Shown: positions 12,178-24,016 of the stretch, piece by piece
Layout: each line of letters starts with the position of its first letter
Position numbering within the stretch: the first letter of the stretch is position 1
Assembly: GCA_002269645.1 (NCBI GenBank)
Contig: NIVC01000668.1
Coordinates: 1-55,864, forward strand
Reading direction: 5' to 3'
Length of the DNA stretch: 55,864 nucleotides
Source: Macrostomum lignano
Lineage: Eukaryota
Translations under genes and position numbers: made by a program
Notes under the pieces: generated by a model
Databases searched by the model: none
What the model saw: only the letters and a program-made list of their open reading frames with translations
Told to the model about the DNA's origin: nothing

Positions 12178-13266
12178 TCAAAAAACAACAGATCTCCTTC
12201 GACCCATCCTGTTCAATTCCTTGACGGCGGCATCCTGCTGGCTCTGATTGTCTTCTTCAACGGGCTGCTCTGTTAAATCGCCGTTGCTCAGTCGTCTCTG
12301 AAATTGCGGATAAACAGGGGCAGTGAATTCGGCACATCGATGGGTTTTAATGCTGAGAAACATTACAATTTAAAGCCTTATTTACCCCTTGATTGAGCAG
12401 TGTTTTTAGTAGAGGAGACTTTTCAAAGGTGGATAAACGTTCGGTTAGCTTCAGGACTTTTTCTTTCAGTTGTCCGACTTCAATGGCCCTCTGTTTATCT
12501 CTGGTCTTGAGCTTCATCAACAAATTATTGATTTCTTTTAGTTCGGAGTCCTTTCGCTGCAGCTCCTGTTGGAAGCGCTGCACCGTGAGCTCCAGGTGGC
12601 CATCGGTACCCGAGCAGTAGTGCTCATCGAGCTGCGACATTGCCACGTTCGTCTGACACCCGATGCTCTGTCGGTACTTGCAGTCGCTCGGTCTCTCCGG
12701 ACAGGTCATCAGGTGCTCCTCGAACTCCGAGCGGTACAGCCTGCTGCTCGAGTCGCTGCAGTGAGGACACGGAGCTCGGAACTCGGAGCAGCAGTGAGGA
12801 GACCGCAGATCCGTGTGGCAGCCGTTCAGCTCGAACTGACGGACTCGCTCCGAGCAGCGGTCGCACGTGACGATCTCGAACTGGCACTCGTTGGTCAGAT
12901 GAGAGTCCAGCTGCTTCAAGGTGAGCTGCTTCTCACAGCCGGACTCTTCGTTCGGCATCGGACTTCAAGTTCGAGCACGTCCTTACGTGTTGCAGTGTCG
13001 GGGAAGCAGACAGCCTGACTCACAAAGTGCTCAACAAGTCTCGCACGGTCTCTGCAGCTGTCCAGCGAATGAATGCAGGGACAGACTCGATCGCTGGATT
13101 GCAGCAGCTCGGTGCTGAAGCACCGCTGGCACAGGCGGCATCCGTGCGGAGTCTGGTAGGAATTTATGAGCAGCTCTGAGCAGCCGCTGCACATTAAATG
13201 GTTCGGTATCGGCTTGTTTCGAATTTTGATAGAAGATAAATCGCTTCGCACTAAAGCTTGCTCCAT
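12178..13266 (-). pseudogene. TRAF-like RING/zinc-finger gene, copy B (one 1-nt deletion near 12954)
   Basis: MEQALVRS...RING...fingers...coiled coil. Exon 1 is 881 nt (one short); donor at 12385. Confidence 0.75.
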
Positions 13267-14676
13267 TTTAGCTTGCTATGGGTGTCATTCAACTTGCGAC
13301 GTAAAATTTGCGGCTTCTACACAGCAAGCTCGCGAATTTCTCATCCAAAACAGTCACTGGTTATAACATAACAAAAGTAGGTACTACCGTGTTTGGAGTG
13401 TTTACAACTGGCTGCAACAACCCCAGGTAAATGAATTCGGTTGTGTGCGTGCAAGTACGAGTACATTTAAGCTATAGATAACCTAAAGAGGTTAGGGCTA
13501 CTGTAGTCTGCAGTGAAGGGTTGTAGCTCGTACACTCGTTTCTCTTCTATTTCTCTTCTCAATTCTATTTATGGCAAGTACCCTGCAATGTTGTCAATTC
13601 AACAGAACTGTCCCACAGCGCGACCTGCACACTGACAATTTTATGCACGTGATGCGTCTTATCTTATTTTTAGTTGAACAACAAGTTTATGTAGTCGTTT
13701 GCACAGTTTTTAGTAAACAAGTATTGGTTAATTATGGTTTAATTTGAGTATCATTAACCCTATGTTGACTGTTGGATCCGAGGTCTCACCATCTGGACAT
13801 TTGAAATGCAGCATGCATGCGTTTGGTCCGATGTGAACTCGCAAGTTAATTGAGCTACTATAACCACAGGATACACTAGAACTAATCTTGCAAAGTTCCG
13901 GCGAATATTTCAGCTACTGAAATCATTTTATATTTGGCAAAACCTCATTGTATCTTACGCTCTTACGCACAGCGATTTTCTTACAAGTTACAGGAGCGTC
14001 GCCATGGATTTTATGGTGGGGGAGACGAAGCCGAGAGTTCTACATCTACATATACATTACTAAATTCCTACATGTACATTATTTCCGAACCGGTGTTGTC
14101 AGCGATCATTTTAGCGCCGCAGGCACTCATTTTGGCGCCGCAGGCACTCATTTTAGCGCCGCAGGCACTCATTTTAGCGCCGCATGCACTCAATTTAGCG
14201 CAGCAGGAACACATTTTAGTGCCACAGGCACTCATTTTAGCGCCGCATGCACTCAATTTAATGGTGCAGATGCTATGTTTTGTCGCCCTGAAGTGAAATG
14301 ATTGATTTCCATAACAGGTCAACAAGGTGGGGTAGGGGGGACAAAGCAGTGGCATGTCTCCTACGTTGTCGATCTGGCCAGCGTTCGACGGCCGTCAGCG
14401 TGTTGTTCGAGCTAGTCTGTCAGCGTCTCAGGGTGTACAGAGGCCCTAACTGTTTATCGGTCAGGCATGTACACTCTCGAGCATTGGAGTTGGCTCTAAT
14501 GGTTGTGAATCGCACGACAACCTCCGGTAATTGTGGGGTGAATGCGCCGCCTAGTTTAGGTCTCCGCCTAGCCACCCCTGCTTAATTGTACTGCAATGTC
14601 GGTCCCACCCCAAACCCTAGGCTAGGTTGAGTCGCGATTGACTATTTTCTCATTCGTTTATCTCACTCTAATTAGG

Positions 14677-15445
14677 GAGATCGCTTGCGCCGTTACTGTC
14701 GCTTGCGCGGCTCAGCGTGCTTGGCTACGCCGACGATCTCGCCCTCCTTTCCTCGACCGTCGAGGGCGCCCAGCGCTAGCTGGACCGGCTGGTAAGCGTT
14801 GCGGCGTCGGCCTGGTGGTCAACACGCAGAAGACCGTTGTGCTCTGCGTGCCGGACGACATCGAGGCTGCAATTTTCTGCCGAGGCGCAGACGCGCAGGT
14901 GACGAGGCCTCCGCGATGTCAGCAGTTCGTCTATCTCGGCGGTCTGGTACCTGACGTTCGTGAGGACCTGCGACTTTGCTGTGGACTTGCCTGGGCTGCC
15001 TTCCTTTTCGAGGAAGTCCAAGGCCTTGCCTGACCGCCAGAGGGCGGCGTTGTTCCAGGCGGTGATCGAAACCGTACTGTTGTACAACGCCGAGACCTGG
15101 GCCCTGTCTGATTCGCTCGAACAGCAGGTCGATGCGGCGCACGCTGGACTGCTGCGCGCCGCTTCAAGATCGGCTACGAGCGAGTCACCAATGCGGCACT
15201 CTATCGCCGCACCAGCCTGTCCCGTCCCAGCGAAATGTTGCGCCATCGACGACTCCAGCTGGCAAAGCCATTCTATCCGAGCCGAGTCGTACTGCCCACA
15301 GCCGGTGCAGGAAGTGCTTTTGCTCACGCTGCAGGAACCTTACCGGCGGGGGCAGGCCCGCACTTGGCGTTTCGTCGACTGCCTGTTGGCTGATGCCGGC
15401 GGTGCGGCCTACGTTCGCGCCCAGGCCCTGAAACGCGCCCTGTGA
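14677..15445 (+). mobile_element. RTE-type LINE fragment, copy C (degenerate)
   Basis: Identical ORF translations to copy B at offset 6667. Confidence 0.85.
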
Positions 15446-15733
15446 CATTGTCCCACGTTTGCTGGCTGACCTATTTGTTTTGTTGTTATCGCTCTAGTTG
15501 ATTGGCTCAGCCGTTTTTTGTGGCTACGTACGAGCGTAAGTCCCAGTTGTTGTCGTCCGTTTTTGGAAGGTTTGACTGGTTGGACGCGTCGTACGCCCGT
15601 CGCACCTCAACTGGCACGCGTGCCAGAGGCATTAGAGAATCACTCGAGCTGTCTGGTCCTAGCCGACTCTGCGTCGTACGTCAGTAGGTTGGGGTGACCG
15701 CGGTGCTGCTTTGGACCATAAGTTTGGTACTTG

Positions 15734-15925
15734 CATGTTAATTTGGTAGCATGTTAATTTGGTAGCATGTTAATTTGGTAGCATGTTAATTTGGTAGCAT
15801 GTTAATTTGGTAGCATGTTAATTTGGTAGCATGTTAATTTGGTAGCATGTTAATTTGGTAGCATGTTAATTTGGTAGCATGTTAATTTGGTAGCATGTTA
15901 ATTTGGTAGCATGTTAATTTGGTAG
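15734..15925. repeat. 16-bp tandem repeat (CATGTTAATTTGGTAG)x12
   Basis: Counted directly: 192 nt. Confidence 0.95.
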
Positions 15926-16736
15926 CATTCTGTCAGTGATATCTGCTTAAGTTGTTATGTGAAGGACTGGTGTGGATTGGCTGGGCCGGGCAGCTGGCTC
16001 AGTTTTTCCTCACCCCCCGCCGCGGTGTGATTGGCTGGCGTGGGGCAGGGCCTGTCGGGAGGGTTGTGGGGGTTGGTGGGCTCGGGGGTTTGCAGTCTCC
16101 CCCCCCCGCGTGCGCTAGCCATTTAAGGTAGTCTGGGCGTCGTCACTCGCCTCTCTATACCTAGTTTGGCTTTCGGTGCTGTCCTGTGATTGGTTTGCTC
16201 TCGCCGTAAGGACGTTTTCCTATGGAAAAGATCCAATTCAAAGAGACGTATTGAAAGGAGCTAGGAAAGTTGGATGCGTTCCTCTGTCTTCCTTCTTTTG
16301 GTTACAAAAGGGGGCAACTAAGGCTCCGTGTGTCCTGACGCCTACTTACTGTAGTTTAGGCTACCTGGCGTCCTGATGCAGGTATGATCCGCATAGGAAC
16401 ATCCTGACAACCGACAAGCAGGGTGCACCCGTACCCTGTACACCCTACCGTATTATATAGGCCCGAGGTGTAGGGATACATCATTATTTTTTACTGTTTC
16501 AGTGTATATCTTTTTTATCGTTTGCAGTACGAGCCAGTTTGTGTGGTAGTCGTTTCAATAGTATTGTAACAATTTATCAAAAATACTAATATTCTATAAT
16601 TTAATATTCCGCCAAATGTTTCTAAATTTGTTATACTGTATGATACTTGTTTTAATGCGAAGGATTTTGTTTGTTTGCTAGACTTTATTCGACCATAGGC
16701 GCATTCTAATAGGAAACCAACTTAAATTAGTGTTAA

Positions 16737-17109
16737 CAGTAGGAATGCCAAGCCATTTTTCCGCCCGTCGAACTACCAAGACGGGGGGATTCCCCCCTGA
16801 CAATTTTTTTTTGCTGCGCCGAAACGGAGCAACGCAGGCACACGAAATTCAAGAACACGGGCTAACTTTTTGTTGCCCACCTTCTCAAACAAAAATCAAG
16901 TCGCCAACTCTCCAGACCGTCGAGATATTCGACGATTCTGCCAGAAGGTCCGATTTTTCACATGACTTGATTCTTGTTTGAGAAGGTGCGCAACAAAAAG
17001 TTAGCCCGTGTTCTTGAATTTCGTGTGCCTGCGTTGCTCCGTTTCGGCGCAGCAAAAAATTGTCAAGGGGGGAGGGGGGAATTCCCCCCTCCTCTTGGTA
17101 GTTCTACTG
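16737..17109. mobile_element. Palindromic MITE with TTAA target duplication
   Basis: TTAA|CAGTAG...CTACTG|TTAA, long inverted arms (~16769-16902 and ~16963-17104), and an empty site with a single TTAA at 3355-3358 in copy A. Confidence 0.85.
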
Positions 17110-17889
17110 TTAATAAAGAGACGCCCAAAAAGAAAATTATTTCATTGGTTTTAACCTTTTCGGTTCAGTCGTAGTAATCAGTTCTAACTGCTTTACACGT
17201 GTTGCAGAGTGAAGTAAAGGGGCAACTTGCCCTGTGCCAAGTGAAAAGCTATGGGGGAGTCCCCTGGAGATTAAGGCGTGCTGTTAAGGCAAATGAACGT
17301 AATGCATCAGTAGACAGTAAGGCCGTGAAGAAAACCGGGAACCTCTCGATCATTGGTAACGCCGTTTTGGAACTTAAATCTTAAACCTACAACAACTTGG
17401 TGTCAGCTTGTGTGCTGCTCAGGGGAGCAGGCACACAAGCGCGCGAATACGTACGCAGTCATACGCACAGGCACACACTCACACAGGAGTGTACAGCGGC
17501 CCTAACTTAATTTATCGTTAGGCATGTACACTTCACTGTGCCTTTGGGGTTGGCCATTAAGCTGGGAATTACGAGCGTAATTGCACGAGCAGAGCCAAGC
17601 CAAGATTCCTATTTAGCCTCAAAATTAATGTGTCTGTACTTGGAATCGAGCCTGGACCGCTGGCACATCAGAGCGCCTCGCCAGACCACTGGTCTACACC
17701 CCCATGTTCTCTACATGTAAAAATGCAGCCTCAATCTCATTGGACGAGCTTTGCTAGATCAATTATAACAAACTCTGGGATTGGTGAGTGCATAAAAAGC
17801 GATGATCTGCTCCCAAATATTAGAAATTCGTTATTGAGTTTTGTGCTACGATTTCAAAAGCAAGATTAGCAAAATTTTAAAGTCTCGAA

Positions 17890-18666
17890 ATGAAGATCCT
17901 CAACAAATTCCCGGCAATCCTGCTCGAGCTGCAGTGCCTACTGATCTCGGTGACAGCTGGCAGCAGCCGGTGCTCATCGCAGCAGTCATTCACAGCCGTG
18001 AACGCCAGCCTGTGCATCGGCAGCGAGTTCACGGAGACGCCCCTGGGCAGCAGCGCGGCAGCATCGGAGGGCCTGTGCTCGCTGCTCTGCGCCAGCAGGC
18101 CCCGCTGCCAGGCCTTCAGCTTGGCCCGCGGCCCCTGCCAGCTGTTCGTGTTCGACAGGTGCAGCAAAGGCGTGCGGGACTGCAGCGCCAGCTGCTCGGC
18201 CTCCGGTCGGGTCTTCGTGAAGCAGCGGCCGGGCCTGCCGCCTGGAAAACTCTGCCCGCCTGAGTTCGACTCCCAGCGGTGCGGGGTTCGCTACCGGCTG
18301 GTGAACGGCACGGCCGGCTGGCAGAGGGGCCGGCAGGTCTGCGCCAACCAGACCGGCCTCGTCATCATGGCCGACGTGCTGGACGCTGAGGAGCTGCGCT
18401 TCATCAGCTCCCAGTTCAGCGGCCTGAACATCTGGCTCGGCGGCCACCAGGAAGAGGGAAGTCCCGAGCCAGGCGGAGGGTGGCGGTGGCTGGACTGCGG
18501 TCTGGAGTTCGATCCCAGCATGTGGGCTGCAGCTGAACCAAATGACGGTGGAAATGCCGAGAAGTACATTCTCCGCTACTCGGGCACAGCTGGTCTGGTA
18601 GACGCACCAGAGACGCTGTCTTTCCCAACGAATGCCCTGTGCGAGTGCGTCTCGCCGTTTGAATGA
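17890..18666 (+). CDS. Secreted PAN/apple-domain + C-type lectin protein (258 aa, single exon)
   Basis: Hydrophobic N-terminus. CSLLCASRPRCQAF..C matches a PAN/apple pattern. The CTLD has CPP, W..G..VC, IWLGG, WRW.D, W...EPND and a terminal C.C. Confidence 0.85.
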   Translation: MKILNKFPAILLELQCLLISVTAGSSRCSSQQSFTAVNASLCIGSEFTETPLGSSAAASEGLCSLLCASRPRCQAFSLARGPCQLFVFDRCSKGVRDCSASCSASGRVFVKQRPGLPPGKLCPPEFDSQRCGVRYRLVNGTAGWQRGRQVCANQTGLVIMADVLDAEELRFISSQFSGLNIWLGGHQEEGSPEPGGGWRWLDCGLEFDPSMWAAAEPNDGGNAEKYILRYSGTAGLVDAPETLSFPTNALCECVSPFE

Positions 18667-19301
18667 CGTGTGCTTGTCATTAGTGATACTCGAGTTCACT
18701 GCTATAAAAATCGCTACATGGGAATAGTGAAGTCCTCGTGTGATTCCCCGATATCGCGGAGTTAATGGGTTTTCCTGAACAAAACTGAAAAAAATGTTTT
18801 TAGATTATTCGTGTCCCAGGAAACACCCACAAGTGCTTCACGTGGCGCATCGATGCGCAAAAAATTGAACGAACGAGTGGCAGTCAATTGGATAATATAA
18901 AAGCCCTTTTTGCCCACTTTATATCTGTCAATTTAATGGCTTCGTTGCTCATGGCTACTAAAAGTAAGGCTAGAAAGATAAGTGATACTTATGCCATAAA
19001 ACAACAGCAATTATCTGTTAGCAAGTATGAATTTGTTAGCGAGCTGTTTAACAGGGAGTTTGGCTTTTTTCGGTCCTCCTTTTAAATAGCATTGGAATTT
19101 GAAGTGCACGCATCTCGCAGTAGCACGACGTTTTATGTAGAAAAAACATGTTTTTTTGCTTTTAGTTGGCACAAAACCGTACCAGTAGTACACTAACAAG
19201 AATGTATCCTGTACAATACATGTAACACGTTGTATCTGGATGCATGCAATTTCAGTATATAGATTTACATGTATGGTTCGATTTTCAACTTCAAATAGCC
19301 T

Positions 19302-20370
19302 TCAAATACGCCATTTAATAGACATCCTTCGCCTCATTCTGTTCGATGAAGTAATCGATTCTTTGACGGCGGCATCCTGCTGGCTCTGATTGTCTTCTTC
19401 ACCGGGCTGCTCTGTCAAATCGCTGTTGCTCAGTCGTCTCTGAAATTGCGAATGGTCAGGGGCAGTGAATTCGGCACATCAATGAGTTGTACTGCAGAGA
19501 AACATTACAATTTAAAGCATTATTTACCCCTTGGTTGAGCAGTGTTTTTAGTAGAGGAGACTTTTCAAATAGGAATAAACGTTCGGTTAGCTTCAAGACT
19601 TTTTCCTGCAGTTGCCCGACCGAATTATTCATTTCTTTTAGTTCGGAGTCCTTTTGCTGCAGCTCCTGTTGGAAGCGCTGCACCGTGAGCTCGAGGTGCC
19701 CGTCGGTACCCGAGCAGTAGTGCTCATCGAGCTGCGACATTGCCACGTTCGTCTGACACCCGATGCTCTGTCGGTACTTGCAGTCGCTCGGTCTCTCCGG
19801 ACAGGTCATCAGGTGCTCCTGGAACTCCGAGCGGTACAGCCTGCTGCTCGAGTCGCTGCAGTGAGGACACGGAGCTCGGAACTCGGAGCAGCAGTGAGGA
19901 GACCGCAGATCCGAGTGGCAGCCGTTCAGCTCGAACTGACGGACTCGTTCCGAGCAGCGGTCGCACGTGACGACCTCGAACTGGCACTCGTCAGTCAGAT
20001 GAGAATCCAGCTGCTTCAAGGTGAGCTGCTTCTTACAGCCGGACTCTTCGTTCGGGCATCGGACTTCCAGTTTGAGCACGTCCTTACGTGTTGCAATGTC
20101 GGGGAAGCAGTCGGCCTGACTCAAAAAGTGCTCCACAAGTCTCGCACGGTCTCTGCAGCTGTCTAGCGAACGAATGCAGGGACAGACGCGATCGCTGGAT
20201 TGCAGCAACTCGTTGCTGAAGCACCGCTGGCACAGGCGGCATCCGTGCGGAGTCTGGTAGCAGTTGACGAGCAGCTCTGAGCAGCCGCTGCACTTAAAGC
20301 GGTCCGGAATTGGCTCGTTTTGAATTTCGGTGGAAGTGAAATTGCTGCGAACTAAAAAAGCAGACTCCAT
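19302..20370 (-). CDS. TRAF-like RING/zinc-finger/coiled-coil protein without MATH domain, copy C (two exons, predicted intron 19527-19440)
   Basis: ATG at 20370 (the ORF-track start at 20421 is TTG). CSGC..QTPHGCRLCQRC..CPC RING, FPDIATRKDV, TRAF fingers. GGG|GTAAAT donor and TTTCAG|AGA acceptor join in frame to a 46-codon exon conserved in copies A and B. Confidence 0.8.
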
Positions 20371-21018
20371 TACTTTGCTGGTTTCTTTCGAATTGCAACT
20401 TTCAATTCGCGGCTGCTGCAATTATTGTCTATATGAATTTATCAGCACACAGCAGCTCATACATTCGCCAAACTAAACAATCACTAGTGACTATATAGCA
20501 AAAGTAGGTACTACCGTATTCGGAGTGTTTACAAGTGTCTACAACAACCCCAGTGAATTGAAGTTGTTTATGCGCAAGTACAATAAAGCTATAGACTAAA
20601 GAGGTTAGGGCTACTGTAGCCTGCAGTGAATGATTGTAAACTCGTTTCTAAAAGCGTACTCGATCTCTCTTACCTTGCAAATGCTATTTACGGCAATTAC
20701 ACTGCAATGTTATCAATTCAACAGAATGGTCATACAGCTCGACCTGCACACCGAAAATTAATTTACGCACGTGACGCGTCTTGTCTTACTTTAGTTTAAA
20801 GCTGCACGCGGATGCAAAAACAGCTAGGCTTATAGCCGTCTGTACAACAGATGGTTAGGAATCAAGTGCTGGTTAATTAGTTTAATCTGAGTATCAATGA
20901 CTCTTAAAATGTTGACTGTTGTATCCGATGTCACCTTCTGGACATTCGAAATGCAGCATGGATGCAATCTGTCCGATATGTGCACTCGCAAGTTCATTAA
21001 GCAATTTGAACTAATCAT

Positions 21019-21327
21019 AATAATAATAATAACTGATTACACCTGCCTCAATTGGGCCAGATGTGCAACCGACAGCTCAGCCGCAGCTATTGCGCGGCGC
21101 ATCTGAAGGCTGCGTACGGCTGTTCAGTCCAAGGACTGGGGGGGTCGCCACACACAGCCTCAATTACCCCAGCTAATGCTGACACCCATTTTACAGTTGG
21201 GTGAACTGAAGCAATGCAGAGTTAAGTGTCTTGCTCAAGGACACAAATTGTTCCGGGTGGGTCAGGAATCGAACCTCCGGACCTTCAAGTCGTGAGTCCG
21301 ACGCCCCAACCATAAGCTACACCCCCC
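21019..21327 (-). mobile_element. Full-length tRNA-derived CORE-SINE with (TTA)n tail and 10-bp TSD
   Basis: A box and B box (GGTTCGATTCC); CORE-like CCTTGAGCAAGACACTTAAC..TCAGTT..CTGTAAAATGGG; TSD AACTAATCAT at 21009-21018 and 21328-21337; empty site at 7214. Confidence 0.85.
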
Positions 21328-21994
21328 AACTAATCATGCAAAGTTCTAGCGAGATTTTCAGCTATTCCAATCATTGTATCCATGCCGGAACCTTATTTTA
21401 GCGCTATACAAAAGCAAACCTATGCCGAAGTCACTCTTCAAAAAAACTTTTTTTTCTAACTTTTTCTTGGCAAACCTTGCGAGTGCAGTTCCCGAATGAA
21501 ACGAATACTTGGTTGGTTTACAATTCGGATGTCCAAAAGGTGCCACATGGTGAGCTTCATTGTAAAGCTGACAAAAAAAACTGAAAGTCTGCTGTTTTAA
21601 TCACAATTATTTGTCCATGCTGAAAGTGTGATTAAGCAAATTAAGTAAATTTATATCTGGAAAAAAAGAGCGTATAGGCTACTAGATAAAAGTAGTACCG
21701 TAGATGGGTCTAATGCGATATCTGTAAATAATCTTTAGTAATATTTACACTGACCTATGGGCCAGATAAGATGAAAACTAAACACATCGTCCTAATTTGG
21801 CCATCTCGGTTTGGGGCGATTGTGAAATGCAGTTAGAATACCAAGTCTGTACTGGCGGAATAGGACCGAAGTAATATAAAATATCATAATAATTCAGCTC
21901 CGCATCTCGATTGATTTTTTAATGCTAATTTTTTAAAACTATGAACTTATTTTTGCTGTTTTTATTTTAATCAGGGTAATTATAGCAAACATCA

Positions 21995-23439
21995 ATACAT
22001 CAGGCTCATGCACATCAGGCTCGTACACATCAGGCTCATTCACATTAGGCTCATACACATCAGGCTCGTACATATCAGGCTCATACACATCAGGCTCATA
22101 CACATCAGGCTCATACACATCAGGCTCGTACATATCAGGCTCATACACATCAGGCTCATACACATCAGGCTCATACACATCAGGCTCGTACACATCAGGC
22201 TCATACACATCAGGCTCATACACATCAGGCTCATACACATCAGGCTCATACACATCAGGCTCATACACATCAGGCTCATACACATCAGGCTCATACACAT
22301 CAGGCTCATACACATCAGGCTCATACACATCAGGCTCATACACATCAGGCTCATACAAATCAGGTTCATACACATCAGGCTCATGCACATTAGGCTCATA
22401 CACATCAGGCTCATGCACATCAGGCTCATACACATGGGTGGTACACATCAGGCTGGTACACATTAGGCTGGTACACATTAGGTTGGTTCACATCAGGTTG
22501 GTACACATTAGCTTGATACACATCAGGCTGGTACACATCAGGCTGGTTCACATCAGGTTGGTACACATATGCTGGTACACATTAGGTTGGTACACATTAG
22601 GTTGGTACACATTAGGTTGGTACACATTAAGTTGGTACACATTAGGGTGGTACACATTAGGTTGGTACACATTAGGTTGGTACACATCAGGGGTACACAT
22701 TAGCTTGATACACATCAGGCTGGTACACATCAGGCTGGTTCACATCAGGTTGGTACACATATGCTGGTACACATTAGGTTGGTACACATTAGGTTGGTAC
22801 ACATTAGGTTGGTACACATTAAGTTGGTACACATTAGCGTGGTACACATTAGGTTGGTACACATTAGGTTGGTACACATCAGGGGTACACATTAGGTTGG
22901 TGCACATCAGGCTGGTACACATCAGGCTGGTACACATCAGGCTGGTACACATCGGGCTGGTACACATCAGGCTGGTACACATCAGGCTGGTACACATCAG
23001 GCTGGTACACATCAGGCTGGTACACATCGGGCTGGTACACATCGGGCTGGTACACATTAGGTTGGTACACATTAGGTTGGTACACATCAGTTTGGTACAC
23101 ATCAGGTTGGTACACATTAGGCTTGTACACATCAGGCTGGTACACATCAGGCTTGTACACATCAGGCTGGTACACATTAGGCTTGTACACATCAGGCTGG
23201 TACACATCAGGCTGGTACACATTAAGGTTGATACACATTAGGCTTGTACACATCAGGCTGGTACACATCAGGCTGGTACACATCAGGCTGGTACACATTA
23301 AGGTTGATACACATTAGGCTTGTACACATCGGGCTGGTACACATCAGGCTGGTACACATCAGGCTGGTACACATCAGGCTGGTACACATCAGGCTGGTAC
23401 ACATCGGGCTGGTACACATCAGGCTGGTACACATCAGGC
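21995..23439. repeat. 15-bp minisatellite, core TACACATCAGGCT (~96 units, two subtypes)
   Basis: (CATACACATCAGGCT)n up to ~22435, then (GGTACACATCAGGCT)n. Confidence 0.95.
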
Positions 23440-24016
23440 AAACACGTGGGGATTTTTGACAGAAACTCTTGGACTATATGCGTCGATATCTTCATAACTA
23501 TTTTATTTAATAAACAGCATATTCTGCTGAATCCAGCGCAGTTAAGTTAAAGTGAGTTCCTGTTTTCGCCACGGCACGAGAGAATGACCGCACTCGAAGT
23601 TCAAATCGCGAGTAGCGAGTGCTTCAACTTCCTGCATCCAAACTTTCTTCCTCTATAGAAAGGATTCGGATAGGCTTACTGGAGAGAACAGTCAGCTTAT
23701 TTGTTCTGTGATCGGCTCCCTGCACGCAAGTCAAGCGAGTAGAGAACTTTTCAGTTGGATGGCTGTAGTTAGCACGGGGTAAGACAGACTTTCTTAACAG
23801 CTAGGATAGTTGCAAGACTAACAATTTTTACAAGTCTAGGGCATTATCGTCTGTCTCAAGCACTCGTGTCACACAGTTTTATTTTTTATCTTTCAAAAAA
23901 AAATCCAACAAATATTCCTGTTCAATATTTTCGCCATGGGGGTGGCTGTGCCAGGTTCTGGCTGATTGAAGGGGCGTGCAGTGCAATGTCTCTGGGCCTT
24001 GTCTTTGCAGGAGTCT

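Larger units (their letters stand above)
7695..14361. repeat. Segmental tandem duplication, copy B
   Basis: Offset to the start of copy C is 6667 nt; many identical ORF translations (e.g. 7971 and 14638). Confidence 0.95.
14362..21480. repeat. Segmental tandem duplication, copy C (more diverged after ~16470)
   Basis: Near-identical to copy B up to ~16470, then diverged but collinear, with private MITE and SINE insertions. The end point is approximate. Confidence 0.85.

Noticed and set aside
21939-23550. ORFs such as (YEPDV)n, (HIRLV)n and (MCTSL)n
   Set aside because: Translations of the 15-bp minisatellite, open in several frames, with no unique coding flanks.
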